Notes: generated by a model not told the origin, from the sequence alone. 64,000 nucleotides of DNA from Octopus vulgaris (GCA_951406725.2 OX597819.1:71362001-71426000), one strand, 5' to 3'. Positions 1 to 13,700 are shown, counted from the stretch's first letter. Made by a program: numbers and translations.

Positions 1-573
1 ATCAGTGTAAACCTAAAAAGAGGTTTAATAACTATATAAAGACTAACATGAAGTCACTTGGAATGGATCCAAAGGCCATAGAAACCCTTGCTTCAGATTG
101 AGCAAGTGTAGGATAGAGTGACATCATTTGAAAAAGCCAGGGTGACCTCTACGAAACTCAAAAGAAATTTTTTTTAAAAATGTTACGACCAGCGAGAAAG
201 TAAGTCCCAACAATCTATTTGTGGGCACAATTTGCGACAGACTATACCTTGCTTCTGCTGAGCTCAAATCTCTTTTGCAGACCCATGAAAACCGACTACT
301 ACTCCGACTATCTATCTGTGTATACCTGTCAATGCCGTTTATGGTATAAGATCTGCAAATCTAACGGAGGCCTTAAAAGACATCTTAAGATCCATAAAGA
401 TCAGAACAGTACTTTTTGGTGATCCAAAGCAGATATAAAATTCATGTGGATCCAAAGCATATGTACAATTTATGTGGGTCTCTTTTCAAAATATTGTCGG
501 GTTTAAAAGCCCATATCAGACTCCATGATAGATCTAAGGTGTAAATACTCTGCACGGGGAGTAGACAGCTACC
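1..573 (+). mobile_element. 3' remnant of RTE/BovB-like LINE with three decayed C2H2 zinc fingers, ending in an (ATGT)n tail
   Basis: Frame from 3 reads QCKPKKRFNNYIKTNMKSLGMDPKAIETLASD*, then RVTSFEKARVTSTKLKR, like RTE ORF C-termini. Finger-like segments follow: FVGTICDRLYLASAELKSLLQTHE (from 218), CQCRLWYKICKSNGGLKRHLKIH (about 327-395) and MYNLCGSLFKILSGLKAHIRLH (461-526). Stop at 542-544, about 30 nt UTR, then the microsatellite. Confidence 0.7.
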
Positions 574-725
574 ATGTATGTATGTATGTATGTATGTATG
601 TATGTATGTATGTATGTATGTATGTATGTATGTATGTATGTATGTATGTATGTATGTATGTATGTATGTATGTATGTATGTATGTATGTATGTATGTATG
701 TATGTATGTATGTATGTATGTATGT
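574..725. repeat. (ATGT)n microsatellite, probable LINE tail
   Basis: Perfect tetranucleotide array directly 3' of the RTE remnant. Confidence 0.95.
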
Positions 726-1104
726 TCTCTCCTCTTTTTAATTATATAAATTCTTCCTCTGAGAAAGAATCTGGTTTCTAACAAAGATCCTAATCTTCAT
801 CGTTGGAATGTAGATAACGAAAACAATGTCACTTTTTAAACTTGAGAAAAGTCTTGCAAAATGGTTCGATTCCACTTACAGATTGCATTTGCGATGCTGG
901 TTGATTTATTTTTCTGAAAATTGAAGCTTATCTCGACTGCCATTTAGTCGTTTACTCACAAAAACCCCCAGTGCATCAATTATTATTGGTAGAAATATAA
1001 ATGTATGTATGTGTGTATGTATATATATGTGACAGGTATATAAACATATGCCTGTAATATGAATATGTGTATGTGTATGTCTAGGCGCTATAGCATATTT
1101 GTGT

Positions 1105-1550
1105 GTGATACCAATGAATTTTATCCTTCCATAATTAAATCTTTGATCAAAGAATTCATTATTCTTCATCAAGAATTGTATTTCAGTCGCTGATTAAAGC
1201 AACGACGTAATACATTTTAATATAAAAAGCACAAAAGAAATGCGCCACCGCTTTATTTCACTAACGATCCACGAGCGGAGAATAATGGCGCTAAATAATT
1301 TGATATATGGTGAAGGGGCGCCAAGACTCTTCGGAAATATGTAAGGTGGTTGGTCATGTTTTGCATTAATTACGTAATCAGTTTAATCACTTACAGTGAG
1401 ATTTATATCGAGATAACGGATTCATTATCACACGTAATGCGAATAATACTCGACAATTAGACTTGTTTCAGAAGAATCTCACACCTGAAGATTAGAGAGG
1501 AAATTCACCATTTATATAAAGTTAATTTTTTGGATATCACTTTGAATGTA
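1105..1550 (+). pseudogene. Decayed Penelope-like element reverse transcriptase
   Basis: PLE RT motifs in the correct order across frameshifts: DTNEFYPSI (from 1107), FDI..G..DSSEICKVVG (about 1300-1356), LYRDNG (YRDN at 1406-1417, decayed YRDD) and LKI...VNFLDITLNV (about 1485-1550). Confidence 0.7.
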
Positions 1551-1558
1551 GGTGCGCG

Positions 1559-1589
<31 letters not shown>

Positions 1590-1590
<1 letters not shown>

Positions 1591-1831
1591 TGGTTGGTGC
1601 ATAATTATTGCGGATGTTTTTAACAAATTTTATTCAATAAAAACAATAACAATATTTAACAAAAACATCTTTAAATGACGGTCTGCCAAGCAAATGCGAT
1701 GCAGAAATTGAAGTAGATGGTGAATATGCTCCGGAATAATCATTCAAAGATGTTTTTGTTACATGTTATTGTTTTTGTTGAATAAAATTTGTTGAAAAGA
1801 AAAGCCGCAATAATTATGCACTAACCCAATA
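1590..1831. mobile_element. Mariner-derived MITE with about 100-bp terminal inverted repeats
   Basis: Left tggttggtgcataattattgcgg..aacaaattttattcaa..aaaaacatcttt is the reverse complement of right aaagatgtttttg..ttgaataaaatttgttg..ccgcaataattatgcactaacccaa. The termini resemble the Hsmar1/MADE1 TIR. TA flanks. Confidence 0.85.
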
Positions 1832-1901
1832 TGTATATATGACAGGTGGTGTAGAAAAAAAACCCAGATGTATTAGTATAACGCTCAAGAATTGAAAAAT
1901 T

Positions 1902-1937
1902 CTTTTACGCTTTGAGCCTGCGCTCTTCTACAGAAAG
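1902..1937 (-). ncRNA. Degenerate minimal hammerhead-like motif (family H1; element about 1845-1997)
   Basis: Minus strand CTTT CTGTAGA A GAGC GCAG GCTC AAAGC GTA AAAG. Stems I and II pair; three core mismatches. Downstream sequence is shared with the copies at 13296 and 61160. Confidence 0.5.
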
Positions 1938-2067
1938 GGACACAGAAAAAACAAGGAGAGAAAAAATGTGTGTAGTGGCTACCGATCTATCATGGCGCAT
2001 ACGCATGCACGCACGCACGCACGCACGCACACACACACTCTCTCTCACACACATACAAACGTTTGCC

Positions 2068-2129
<62 letters not shown>

Positions 2130-2830
2130 TGTGTGTGTTTGTGTGTGTATATATGAGTTTTTGAACAACGTTTCAGGTTTACAACGGTTCGATGAATTCG
2201 AAAGGGAGACAGTGACAAGGGAGTGTTTGAGTAACGCAAGCAGAACAAATATAAAAAGATATTTCATTCGATATAGAACTGTTTGTTAGTTTCCTTGTTG
2301 ATGTTTATACTTTCTTCGCAGATATACATCGACAAAAAGATACGAATGTACATACACAATTACGTAATACATATCTACACAGACACCAGGAGTTTACACG
2401 CATACACATTACACACCTACCTACCTAACATACATAGTTACATACATACATACATATTTGGGTGGAGTAGATTTGACTACTACTTCTAACATGTCGAACA
2501 GTTGTGCAGAGATTTTCTGAATATTACAAGTGCTTCTAGGTATTCCAGCGAAGAACTTTTAAAGATTAAGAATGATTACGCTGCGTTATAATGTCTTTCA
2601 CTAATGTTCCTGTCTTGTAGCACAAATCTTACGCACAATATTATACCGACAGCAGCAACATTGCTTGGAGTCTAAACAAGAGCGCAAATATGTTAGCATT
2701 AATAAGAATAATTATTAAAATTACTAAGTTATCTCAAATATATTGTACTCGGTTTCACATAAGCTCTTACAGGCTTCGACGAAATGCTATTACTGAAAGC
2801 TGGCTAAAATATGAAATAACGACTTTAATG

Positions 2831-3074
2831 TGTCTTTTACTTGTTACTCGTTTCAGTGATAAGACTACGGCCATGCTGGGGCACTGTCTTGAAGAATTTT
2901 AGTCAAACGAATCGCCCCCAGTGCTTATAGCAATAGTAATAATTATTATTTTTATAAAGCCAGGTACATATTCTATTATTCTCTTTTCCCGAACCGCTAA
3001 GTTATGAGGATGTTAACATACCAATACCGGTTTTCAAGGAGTTGTGGGGTAAATACACACACACACACGCGTGC

Positions 3075-3150
<76 letters not shown>

Positions 3151-3309
3151 GACGGGCTTCTTTCAGTTTCCTGCTACCAAATCCCCGCATAAGGCATCAG
3201 TTAACGCGAGGCTTTTAGTAGGAGGCACCCAAGTTATCAGGCAGAAGAACCGAGCCATAACTATGTTGCTGGGCAGTAATCTTCTAACGACACAGCCAAG
3301 CCTGAGCCT
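2831..3309 (-). mobile_element. tRNA-derived CORE-type SINE (family A) with internal (CA)n/(TA)n tract
   Basis: Diverged match to the copies at 11940, 13124, 26262, 32915 and 37003. It splits the PLE remnant. Confidence 0.8.
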
Positions 3310-3324
3310 GGTAATTCTCTTATA

Positions 3325-3700
3325 AGATTGTCCACTTTTTATTATCTCGAAATATTAAAAATGTCTGCATTGACAGATTGCCATGTGACATATAAATATA
3401 AGAGAGTAGAAGACTTGTGACAGGTGCTGAGATCAGGAGATGCCTGTTATCTTTGGATCAATCAAATCCAAAGTGAAATACAACTAAAAGAAGCGTAATT
3501 AGATGGCATTTCTTGAGAAAAAAAAAACCAACAGGAAGTTCTATAGTTTCAATATATCAACAATGAACAGGGAATGGAACATTCTAGACACAGAGAGAGT
3601 GAGATTTAATGGTGATGGAGTTGAAAAGTGACAGACTACTTGTCATAGGATCGATGGTATTTACCTTATGCCCAATTTAAATAAGAGTTTATAAGTTTTA
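3325..3700 (+). pseudogene. Probable decayed GIY-YIG endonuclease region of the same PLE
   Basis: Fragments DCPL...VTYKYK, WNILDTERVRFNG and NLNK in the order expected at a PLE C-terminus. Linker-like text at about 2520-2790. Very degenerate. Confidence 0.45.
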
Positions 3701-4104
3701 AAGAAAAGAAAATATATAGAATTTGGAACATGCCTTCAAACTTCTAACAAAAAAAAGAAAAAGAAAAGGAGAAAGAAAACTGAAGATAAAAGATATAAAA
3801 GAGAAAGATAAGATAAAACTGAAGACTTAGTGGAAGAAATGTGGTTTTTATTGGGGTTTTAGGGAAAAAGTTGTGATTTATACGGATTTACTAACTGTAG
3901 AATCCAAGGGTATCGTATATTTTTAGAAAAAATATATTTGTGAAGCATTCGACTCGAAATTAAGATGGCTGTTTTGATTGCTTACAGATATATCACTTAT
4001 CATTTATCTGTTATTTGTTTCAGTCATCAAACTGCAGCCATGCTAGCATATCTCGGTTTCCATGGCCTATAATTAACCGAAATCACAATATTCCTGTAAA
4101 AAAA

Positions 4105-4558
4105 TGTGGTCAGCTGACAACAGAAACGTTAGCACGTCGATCAAAATACTTAACGGCATTTCGTCCGTCTTTACGTTCTAAATTCGAATTTTGTCAACGT
4201 AGACTTTACCTTCTTTCCTTTCGTGTTTGAGAAAATAAGTATTAGTTGAAAACTGGTGGTGAATGCAGTCAACTCCCCCCTAACCCAAATTTGCTGGCCC
4301 TGTGCCAAAGTTTGAAGCCAATATATCACTGAACGAAGCGCTGGTCGTTGCGGGTTTCAAGACCAGAGATTTTGAGGGTGTGAGGTGTGGGATGAGGGAA
4401 TTCGATTACATTGATCTCAGTGACTGGTAGCCTGATTTTATCGACTCTGGAGGGAAGGAAAAGCAAATTTAACATCGATGGGAAGAACGTAAAGCGACGG
4501 AGGAAATACCGCTAAGCATTTTGTCCGGTACGGTAAGGCTTCTTCTAGTTTGCCGCCC
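4105..4558. mobile_element. Two decayed family E SINEs (Nin-like central domain), about 4105-4325 (+) and 4345-4558 (-)
   Basis: Similar to the family E consensus ggcgagctggcagaatcgttagc...gactttgcctttcatcctttcggggtcgataaa. Confidence 0.65.
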
Positions 4559-4690
4559 AAGTGATTATGATAAAGATATCCAAATCTCAGTTTCTCAGTT
4601 AATAGTGTTTTGAGTGGACATTCCTACTCTGTACAATGCTCAAAGTTAAAACTATTGCTTATTAAGAGTTTCTGTTTCTTTTCTAATATA

Positions 4691-5153
4691 CAGGGTGTTG
4701 CAAAAGTAGGTACGCAGTTACGAAAAAAGAAAACGCATATAATACTCATCTTTACCAAAAAAATTAAAAGTTAACATAAAAGTATCATTATAGTTATGAT
4801 ATACAAAGGCGTCGAGCTGGCAGAATCGTTAGCTCGCCAGACGAAATGTTTAGTGGTATTTCGTTTGCCATTACGTTCTGAGCTCAAATGCTTTTCATCC
4901 TTTCGGGGTGGGTAAATCAAGTACCAGTTACGCACTGGGGGATCGATGTAATTGACTTAATCTCTTCCCCCAAATGTAATCCCTTGTGCTTCCAGCAGAA
5001 AGGATTGCAGTTATGATAAATGTATTATTTTGATTAATGACATTGAATATATGAAAAACGAGGCTAACTAATTTATTGTGCTAATGATTTTAATGAATTA
5101 ACTATAATAACATTGATGTGATACTCGCTGTATACCTATTTTTGCGCCCTTGG
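4691..5153. mobile_element. Tc1/mariner-type MITE interrupted by a family E SINE (4808-5003)
   Basis: ta-cagggtgttgcaaaagtaggtacgcag versus ctgtatacctatttttgcgcccttgg-ta. The nested SINE is flanked by an apparent TSD, attatagttatgata (4787-4801) / attgcagttatgata (5004-5018). Confidence 0.7.
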
Positions 5154-5372
5154 TATATCCCCACACCCGAAAATGACAAAATTGCCTTTGTGCCAAAACT
5201 TGAAACCAATTAAACACTGCTCTTATTGCATTACTGCACTACATGCATGCCTGCATAAATTCATACATGCATATATATATATCTGTATATATATATATAT
5301 ATATACTGTATATATATACTGTATATATATATATATGTATGTATGTATGCATGTATGTATGTATGTATATAC

Positions 5373-5450
<78 letters not shown>

Positions 5451-5630
5451 TTATAAACATCTAATGGCCAGAAATTAAAGAATGATTCAAAAGTCGAGAG
5501 ATTAGTACTCTTAGCTTTGAAATGCTCGGACGACGAGTCATTTAATTACTTCTGCTGAATTCAAAACATGAGCTCTATTTTTTCTATTTGATTTACCAAT
5601 CCCATATATGTGCGGGTGTCTCTCTGCCTG

Positions 5631-5718
<88 letters not shown>

Positions 5719-6120
5719 CACACACACTGGATGGATGAGAAATTCTTTCCGGTAATACTATTCTCATGTCCCTAGTCTAAAGTGACGCAGATGTTATCTA
5801 CAAACACAAAGCACCAACAATTAACGTTTCCTGAAAGAGCCTTTTGTGTATGAGTTTGTTGATATTCCCTAAGTGTAAGTTAGATCACATTAATGCATAC
5901 ACACAGTTTTATTATTGGAATGCGGCTATTCTAAACTTGCACTTGTAGTTCATAGGAGTCGAGAGAGAGTGAGGTGCCTGCCTCAGTTGTCTTTGGTGGT
6001 CAGTGTGACCAGGATGTGTAGCGCTCCTCGGTTGTCCCTGAGAGGAACTCCCCAATTTTGGAAATGTTTATTCTTCAATTCTATTGTTAATTGTTATTGT
6101 TATTTCATACACGATATTCT

Positions 6121-6331
6121 TTTCTATTCTAGGTACAAGACCCGAAATTTTTGGGGAGGGGGCCAGTCGATTACGTCGACTCCAGTACGCGACTGGTACT
6201 TAATTTATCGACTTCGAAAGGATGAAAGGCAAAGTCGACCTCGACGGAATTTGCACTCAGAACATAAGACAGATGAAATACCGCTCAGCATTTCACCCAT
6301 CGTGCTAAACTTTTCTGCGAGCTCCTCGCCA
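6121..6331 (-). mobile_element. Family E SINE
   Basis: ggtacttaatttatcgacttcgaaaggatgaaaggcaaagtcgacctcgacggaatttg is the reverse complement of the family E central domain. Confidence 0.8.
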
Positions 6332-6363
6332 TATTTCATACAAGATATTGTGCCAAACCTAGC

Positions 6364-6461
<98 letters not shown>

Positions 6462-6477
6462 TTATTATCATTATGAT

Positions 6478-6900
6478 TTTTCCTTCTTTCTTCAAATTTT
6501 CTTCCGTTTCTCGCCGAGTGTTTTCCATACACCTAGGGCAGAGAAGGGCATTGTATGCATTCCCAGATTACACGCGCAAATTTACAGATAAAATATGTAT
6601 TTAAAAATTAATAAATAAATAAATTTATGGATGAATGTTATTTTCACAGCGATAGTGCTCTTCTTAGTACATGAGCCGTTCCAGATAATACGATTTTTTG
6701 CACTTCTTGTAGGGATGGTAAGCCTGGAATCATTTTCAATACCTTTTTTTATCATTCCTAGAGATCCTACAATCACTGGTACTATAGTCGCCTTGAGATG
6801 CCACATTTTTTCAATTTCTATTAGTAGGTCTTTATATTTACTAATCTTGTTAAATTCTTTCGCCGCTATATTGTGATCACAGGGAATACTCATGTCAATT
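6478..6900 (-). mobile_element. 5'-truncated Dong/R4-like LINE (RLE C-terminus plus 3' UTR)
   Basis: ORF 6582-6893 MSIPCDHNIAAKEFNKISKYKDLLIEIEKMWHLKATIVPVIVGSLG is homologous to ORF 52848-53087. Flanked by (ATT)n and (TTC)n(TTA)n. Confidence 0.85.
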
Positions 6901-6910
6901 TCTTCTTCTT

Positions 6911-7415
<505 letters not shown>

Positions 7416-7458
7416 TCCGGCTTCCTATTCTATTATTATTATTATTATTATTATTATA

Positions 7459-7520
<62 letters not shown>

Positions 7521-7521
<1 letters not shown>

Positions 7522-8026
7522 GAGTGAGAGAGCAGTGCATGCCATCAAAGTGACACTGGGGTAAAATATACGAAGCCCAGCATACCCATCATGACTACCC
7601 GTCTGATAAGGGTACACCAGGCACATGCATCACAACCATATGTGCGCGACATGGTGATCTCATATCAAGATAAACAGCACATGACCTTGCAGGTGGGGCC
7701 CAGTTAGAATTTTCTTCAGATCGAGTAGCCCATCCTGCTCAAAAGGTCCCTGAATAAGGGTTGCTTTAGGATGTTGAACGAAACACCTATGTTTCCAGAG
7801 GTGAATTATTCAAACTCCAAAGAATCCCTCTCAACACATGGCTATGATGCTCCCCCACTACTTCTGCTCGGGATCAGAGATGCAGGTATTGTCAGCCACT
7901 AAGGGACATGCTCAACTGGTTAAGGTCAAACAACTGACAAGCAAATCTGTGGTATTGAGCAGAATATTTGCTGTAGCCCATCTTTTATACCAAGACAAAA
8001 CAATGTACATGATTACACTTCCAATC
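7521..8026. mobile_element. About 500-bp non-coding interspersed repeat (family B) within (ATT)n arrays
   Basis: A second colinear copy lies at 24457-24975. No coding motif recognised. Confidence 0.8.
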
Positions 8027-8327
8027 ATCATCATTATTATTATTGTTATTATTATCATATATGTACGTATATATACATGCTATATGTTTGTGATTTATAT
8101 GTGTGCGTGCGTTTATGTGTGTGTATATATGTGTGTTTTTTTTATGCGCGCGTGTGCGTGTGTGTGTGTATGTGTGTTATGTATGCTATATGTTTATGCG
8201 CATGGGTTTGTATGTTTAACTACGCTCAAAACCTCCCGCTTTCGTTTCTCTCTCTGTCTCGTTACGCACTCAGAACCGCACGTTCACACACACACATACA
8301 TACAAACAGAGAAAGAGAGAGACAGGC

Positions 8328-8369
<42 letters not shown>

Positions 8370-8597
8370 TAATGCGTACATTCGTTTCAAAGCAGATTTA
8401 ATAACATAATATTACACCCTTCCTACTTTTAAATTAATAACAACAACAACACTAATAATGATAATGATGATGATTATATTAATGATAATATTAATAATAA
8501 TAATAATAATAAAGATAACAATAATAATATCGATAATAGTAACAACAGTTATAACACGAAGATGATTTATATATATATGTATATATGTGCATGTATG

Positions 8598-8628
<31 letters not shown>

Positions 8629-9517
8629 ATGCATATACACACAGATATGTGTATGTGTGTGTATATTCATAGCTCCCAAACTACCCGGATATGTAGTACC
8701 AGTGGATTGATCTATATGTACGTATGTATGTATATATATATGTATATATATATATGTATGTATATATATGTGTGTGTGTGAGTCTGTGTGTAAGTGTGTG
8801 TGTGTAGGTGTGTGAATGTATATATATATATATATATATATCTGTGTGTGTGTAACTCTGCATATGTGTATGCATGTATGTATGTATTTATGTATGTATT
8901 TATGCATGTATGTGTGTGTATATATATCTATGTATATATATGTGCATATGTGCATGCGTATGTATGCATGTGTGTGTATGTGTGTGCGTGTGTGTGTGTT
9001 TGTAGTTTTTTATACATATTCATATTTGTATATATTTTGCTTTTTTGTCTTTCTCACATGTAGATAGTCTTCGGTTTCATTATTGAAAAATGTTTTAATA
9101 GCACAAACATCGGCTCAATGCGAATATCACAAAATACACATGTGATAGGAACACAGGTGGGATAAAGGTGAGGTAGAGAGAGGTAGAGAGAGAGAGAGGT
9201 AGAGGGAGAGATTAGTGGATGCCATTTGTTGAAGTCTACGTTTTATGTTGCTAAAATAAGTTGATGTAAAATGTAAATGGTAAGATTTGATTTATGTATA
9301 TATAAATTGGTCTGGACATCCGTAAATATATACATTCGTTCATATATACGTGTGCATGTGTGTGGGAGCGTATATGTGTGTGTGTTTGTGTGTAGTTGTT
9401 CTATTTCCTCGTGCTTCAACACACAGATGTAGACATACATACATACATGGATGTTGCTTGTGTACGTATATATTTTCAGATTTCTGAGTAAAGACATATA
9501 CATACATACATACGTAC

Positions 9518-9586
<69 letters not shown>

Positions 9587-9931
9587 CACATATATATATA
9601 TATGTATATTCATATATAATCATATATATATATAGAGAGAGAGAGAGAAAGAAAGGTAGATAGATAAATATACATATAGATATTGATATACACGTACATA
9701 TACATGCATATATATCTATATGCATATATGAATATGTAGGTAAATGTATATACATTTTTACACACATACATACACACACATATGCATGTATGTATGTATA
9801 TACCAATATGAATACTTGACAATTAGGTAAATAAAGATATATGTATAAAAATCTTTAGTGAAAACGTACATGTGTGTCACAGAAGCTTGTCGGGTATTTT
9901 GTATGATTTTGTATGATTATTTCTTGCATAA

Positions 9932-9995
<64 letters not shown>

Positions 9996-10502
9996 CTAAC
10001 CCATATGAGTGTGTTCATAATATATATGTATATGCGTGTGAATGCATGTTAGCATGTGGCTACGACAGTGTTTGTATAAGTGTAATGTGTATATATTTAT
10101 TATCCCAGTTCACAAGTACCTATAAGTGCTCTCATTTCCTGTATATGAATATGTGTTCAGATAAACAGAAACACACACACACACACACACATAAATATAT
10201 GGAGAGAGGCATACATACACTCATACATAGAGATGGTGAAGGACAGGGATAGAAGCAGAAGCGAACACTAAATTTGTTCTAGACACAAACGAATTCTTAG
10301 ATATTTGCTAAATATAAGTCCAAGATACAACAAAATAGTTTTAAACAGATAAAGTAAAAACGAAATCAATAACAGGATAGACTTTAGAATATATTATTAA
10401 ACATTCAAGACGAACAAAAGACGGGGAGCAGAGATATAATAAGATAAGGATGGAAATTCTCCTATACATATATATGTATCAATGAATTCAGATTCAGGTA
10501 TC

Positions 10503-10968
<466 letters not shown>

Positions 10969-11244
10969 ACTCTCTTTATTGGCCACACAGAGCTGGGCAC
11001 AGAGGGGACAAATACAAATGTAGAGCATTTCGAAGATGGAAAAGGAAATAGAAAAAAAGAAACAAATGTAAAATTTCGATCAAAATGGACTGGAAAAAAA
11101 GCGATCAAAAGGGATCGTGCATCACAGAAAGAAAAAAAAAATTTTTCAAAGTAACAAAGATTAGTTTCATCCGTGGAAAGAATAGCCTACAGAAAAGACA
11201 ACGGTAACCACAGGCAGGTAGGAAATAAAACCATGAGAGCAAAT

Positions 11245-11295
<51 letters not shown>

Positions 11296-11780
11296 ATAAT
11301 TTATAGGATCATGCTCAAAGTGGTTTCGTCACTCGCACGCACCATCTTTGCTACATTCACCCACCTTTTTTTTGAAACTTTCACGAGACAAAACCTGCCT
11401 CTTCATTCTCACCTTCCTTTTCAAGTGGTACTTGAAAAAGTTGATGAGCGATTGGCCAGAGAGGTAAGTGTTTGTCTCTAATCTTTTCGCTCGAGTCCAG
11501 CACACACGTTCTTTCGCCATAGCCACAAGTACGATGAAAACTGCCTTGCTTTCCCGGTTGAGGGAAGGGGGCGGTGCAATTGTCACGATAGACTCGGCCG
11601 ACAGGCGGACTCGTCCAACGCGTAACAGCAGCCGTTGGCATAAGCCCACAGGTCCGAAATGGATGGACACTGCACGAGTGGGACGAGTCCGTCTGTCGGC
11701 CGAGTCTATCGTGTTAATTGCACCTACCTTTCCCTCAACCGGGAAAGCAAGGCAGTTTTTGATCGTACTGGTGGCTATCT
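10969..11780 (-). mobile_element. 5'-truncated Tx1/L1-like LINE with an inverted duplication at its 5' end
   Basis: Peptide VGRVRLSAESIVTIAPP...ETNTYLSGQSLINFFKYHLKRKVR and the 3' UTR match the 14729-17480 copy. It ends in aataaag then (TATC)n. Confidence 0.85.
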
Positions 11781-11939
11781 TTTTGCGTCGTTCAAGGAAT
11801 TGAAATTTTACCATTAAGACTATGCTGCAGAGGCCTGAATAAATGGAAATCCGAAGGAGCAATATCTGTTGAATATGGAGGTTGAGGTAACATCCCAGCA
11901 GAGCAGCAGCAATTTTTTTCTGGTTCTCATTCGGTTCTC

Positions 11940-12200
11940 AAACGATTTTGGGGGGGGGGGACAAACACACGCACACAAACATATATATACACACACACAC
12001 ACACAAACACACACATATATATATATGTATACGTATACGACAGGCTTCTTCCAGTTTCCATCTACCAAATCCACTTACAAGGTTTTGGTCGACCTGAGGC
12101 TATGGTAGAAGATACTTATCCAAGGTACCACGCAGTGGAACTGAACCAGGAACTATGTGGTTGATAAGTAAGTTACTTTCCACACAGCCACTCCTGCGCC
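11940..12200 (-). mobile_element. Family A SINE, 5' half
   Basis: Reverse complement starts ggcgcaggagtggctgtgtgg (A box), has ggttcagttcc (B-box-like) and a CORE-like ggtaccttggataagt. Confidence 0.85.
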
Positions 12201-12222
12201 TATATATGTATAATGTTTATAC

Positions 12223-12333
<111 letters not shown>

Positions 12334-12448
12334 TGTATATATGTACTTAGATAACTTAGATATGTTTCGACCAAAGATTGGCCCTGTCTAACGTAATAGC
12401 ACCACCTACATACATGCACGTATATAGAGAGATACAGACATACTCATA

Positions 12449-12481
<33 letters not shown>

Positions 12482-13123
12482 CGCAAACATATAACGAGAA
12501 AAAGAGGGAAAAAAGAGAGAAAGAAAGAGAGAAAGAGAGGGAGAGAGAGAATGACTTGTGCGTAGATAAAACACAGACACAAAGACACGATTATGAGATC
12601 TGGAAAGAGATTATTTTTGATATCGATGTGTTATAGGTTTTGAGTGACACGTAACTAACTGATAAACACAAAATTATATTTTATTACTCATTTTATCATC
12701 AAAATACCGAAAACATATAAAGTTTGTAACCTAATTGTAGTGGCAGTGTTGTTTCAAGTATTCGTTACCTAACTCGTGGGTCACAGTTTCAAATACGATG
12801 CCGAAATATCGGTGTGTTTTTCGACACCGTGCTTATCTTAAATAATCAGACATTCTTGTTCACCACTGATCACGTAATGTGAAACTACATACACACAAAC
12901 ATGCATCCATATGTACGTACGTGCAAACATACATACATCTATGCATGTATATACATATATACAAATATATATGGAGATATCCATTGAAAAATTCCCTGAC
13001 GAGAAACCCGCTGTAGAGTATCTCACGGATGAGCGATCGATGGAAGATGGGTCAAAGCGATTGTTGTGAACAATAACGCTTCTATTTTCCATTTTCCCTA
13101 TGTATATATATATATACATATTC

Positions 13124-13426
13124 AGGCGTGGCTGTGTGGTAAGTAGCTTGCTTCCCAACCACATAGTTCCGGGTTCAGTTCCACTGCGTGGCACCTTGGG
13201 TGAATGTCTTCTACTATAGCCTCGGGCCAACCAAAGCCTTGTGAGTGTATTTGGTAGACGGAAACTTCCCTTCTCGGGATCTTTCCTTCTCCTATGTTTC
13301 CGACGAAGAGCTCCGCTCGAAACGTTAAACCCTCCTTCTTCCCTTCTTTCCTGAGCGTCCAATAATACTATATTTGTTCCACGTCCTCGCGTTGTTGTGT
13401 TTTTTTTTGTGTTTTCTTGTTTGGAT

Positions 13427-13484
<58 letters not shown>

Positions 13485-13700
13485 TACATATATGTGTGTG
13501 TGTGTGTGTTTGTGTCTGTTTGTCTCCCACCATCGCTTGATGTATTTAGGTCCGTTTGCTCGCGGCCCGGCAAAAGATACCGATAGAATAAGTACTAGGC
13601 TTACAAAGAATCATTCCTGGGCTCGATTTGCTCGACTAAAGGCGGTGCTCCAGCATGGCCGCTCTTAGATGACAGGGACGAGTAAAAGAATAAAAGAATA
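13124..13700 (+). mobile_element. Family A SINE with a nested HHR-bearing insertion (13267-13430)
   Basis: Head gtggctgtgtggtaagtagcttgcttcccaacc; body breaks off after ggtagacggaaac and resumes after the (TA)n/(TG)n tract. Confidence 0.85.
13296..13330 (+). ncRNA. Minimal type I hammerhead ribozyme-like motif (family H1, U4C variant)
   Basis: GTTT CCGACGA A GAGC TCC GCTC GAA ACGT T AAAC. Stem I GUUU/AAAC, stem II GAGC/GCUC, palindromic stem III ACGU, GUU cleavage triplet. Confidence 0.7.
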
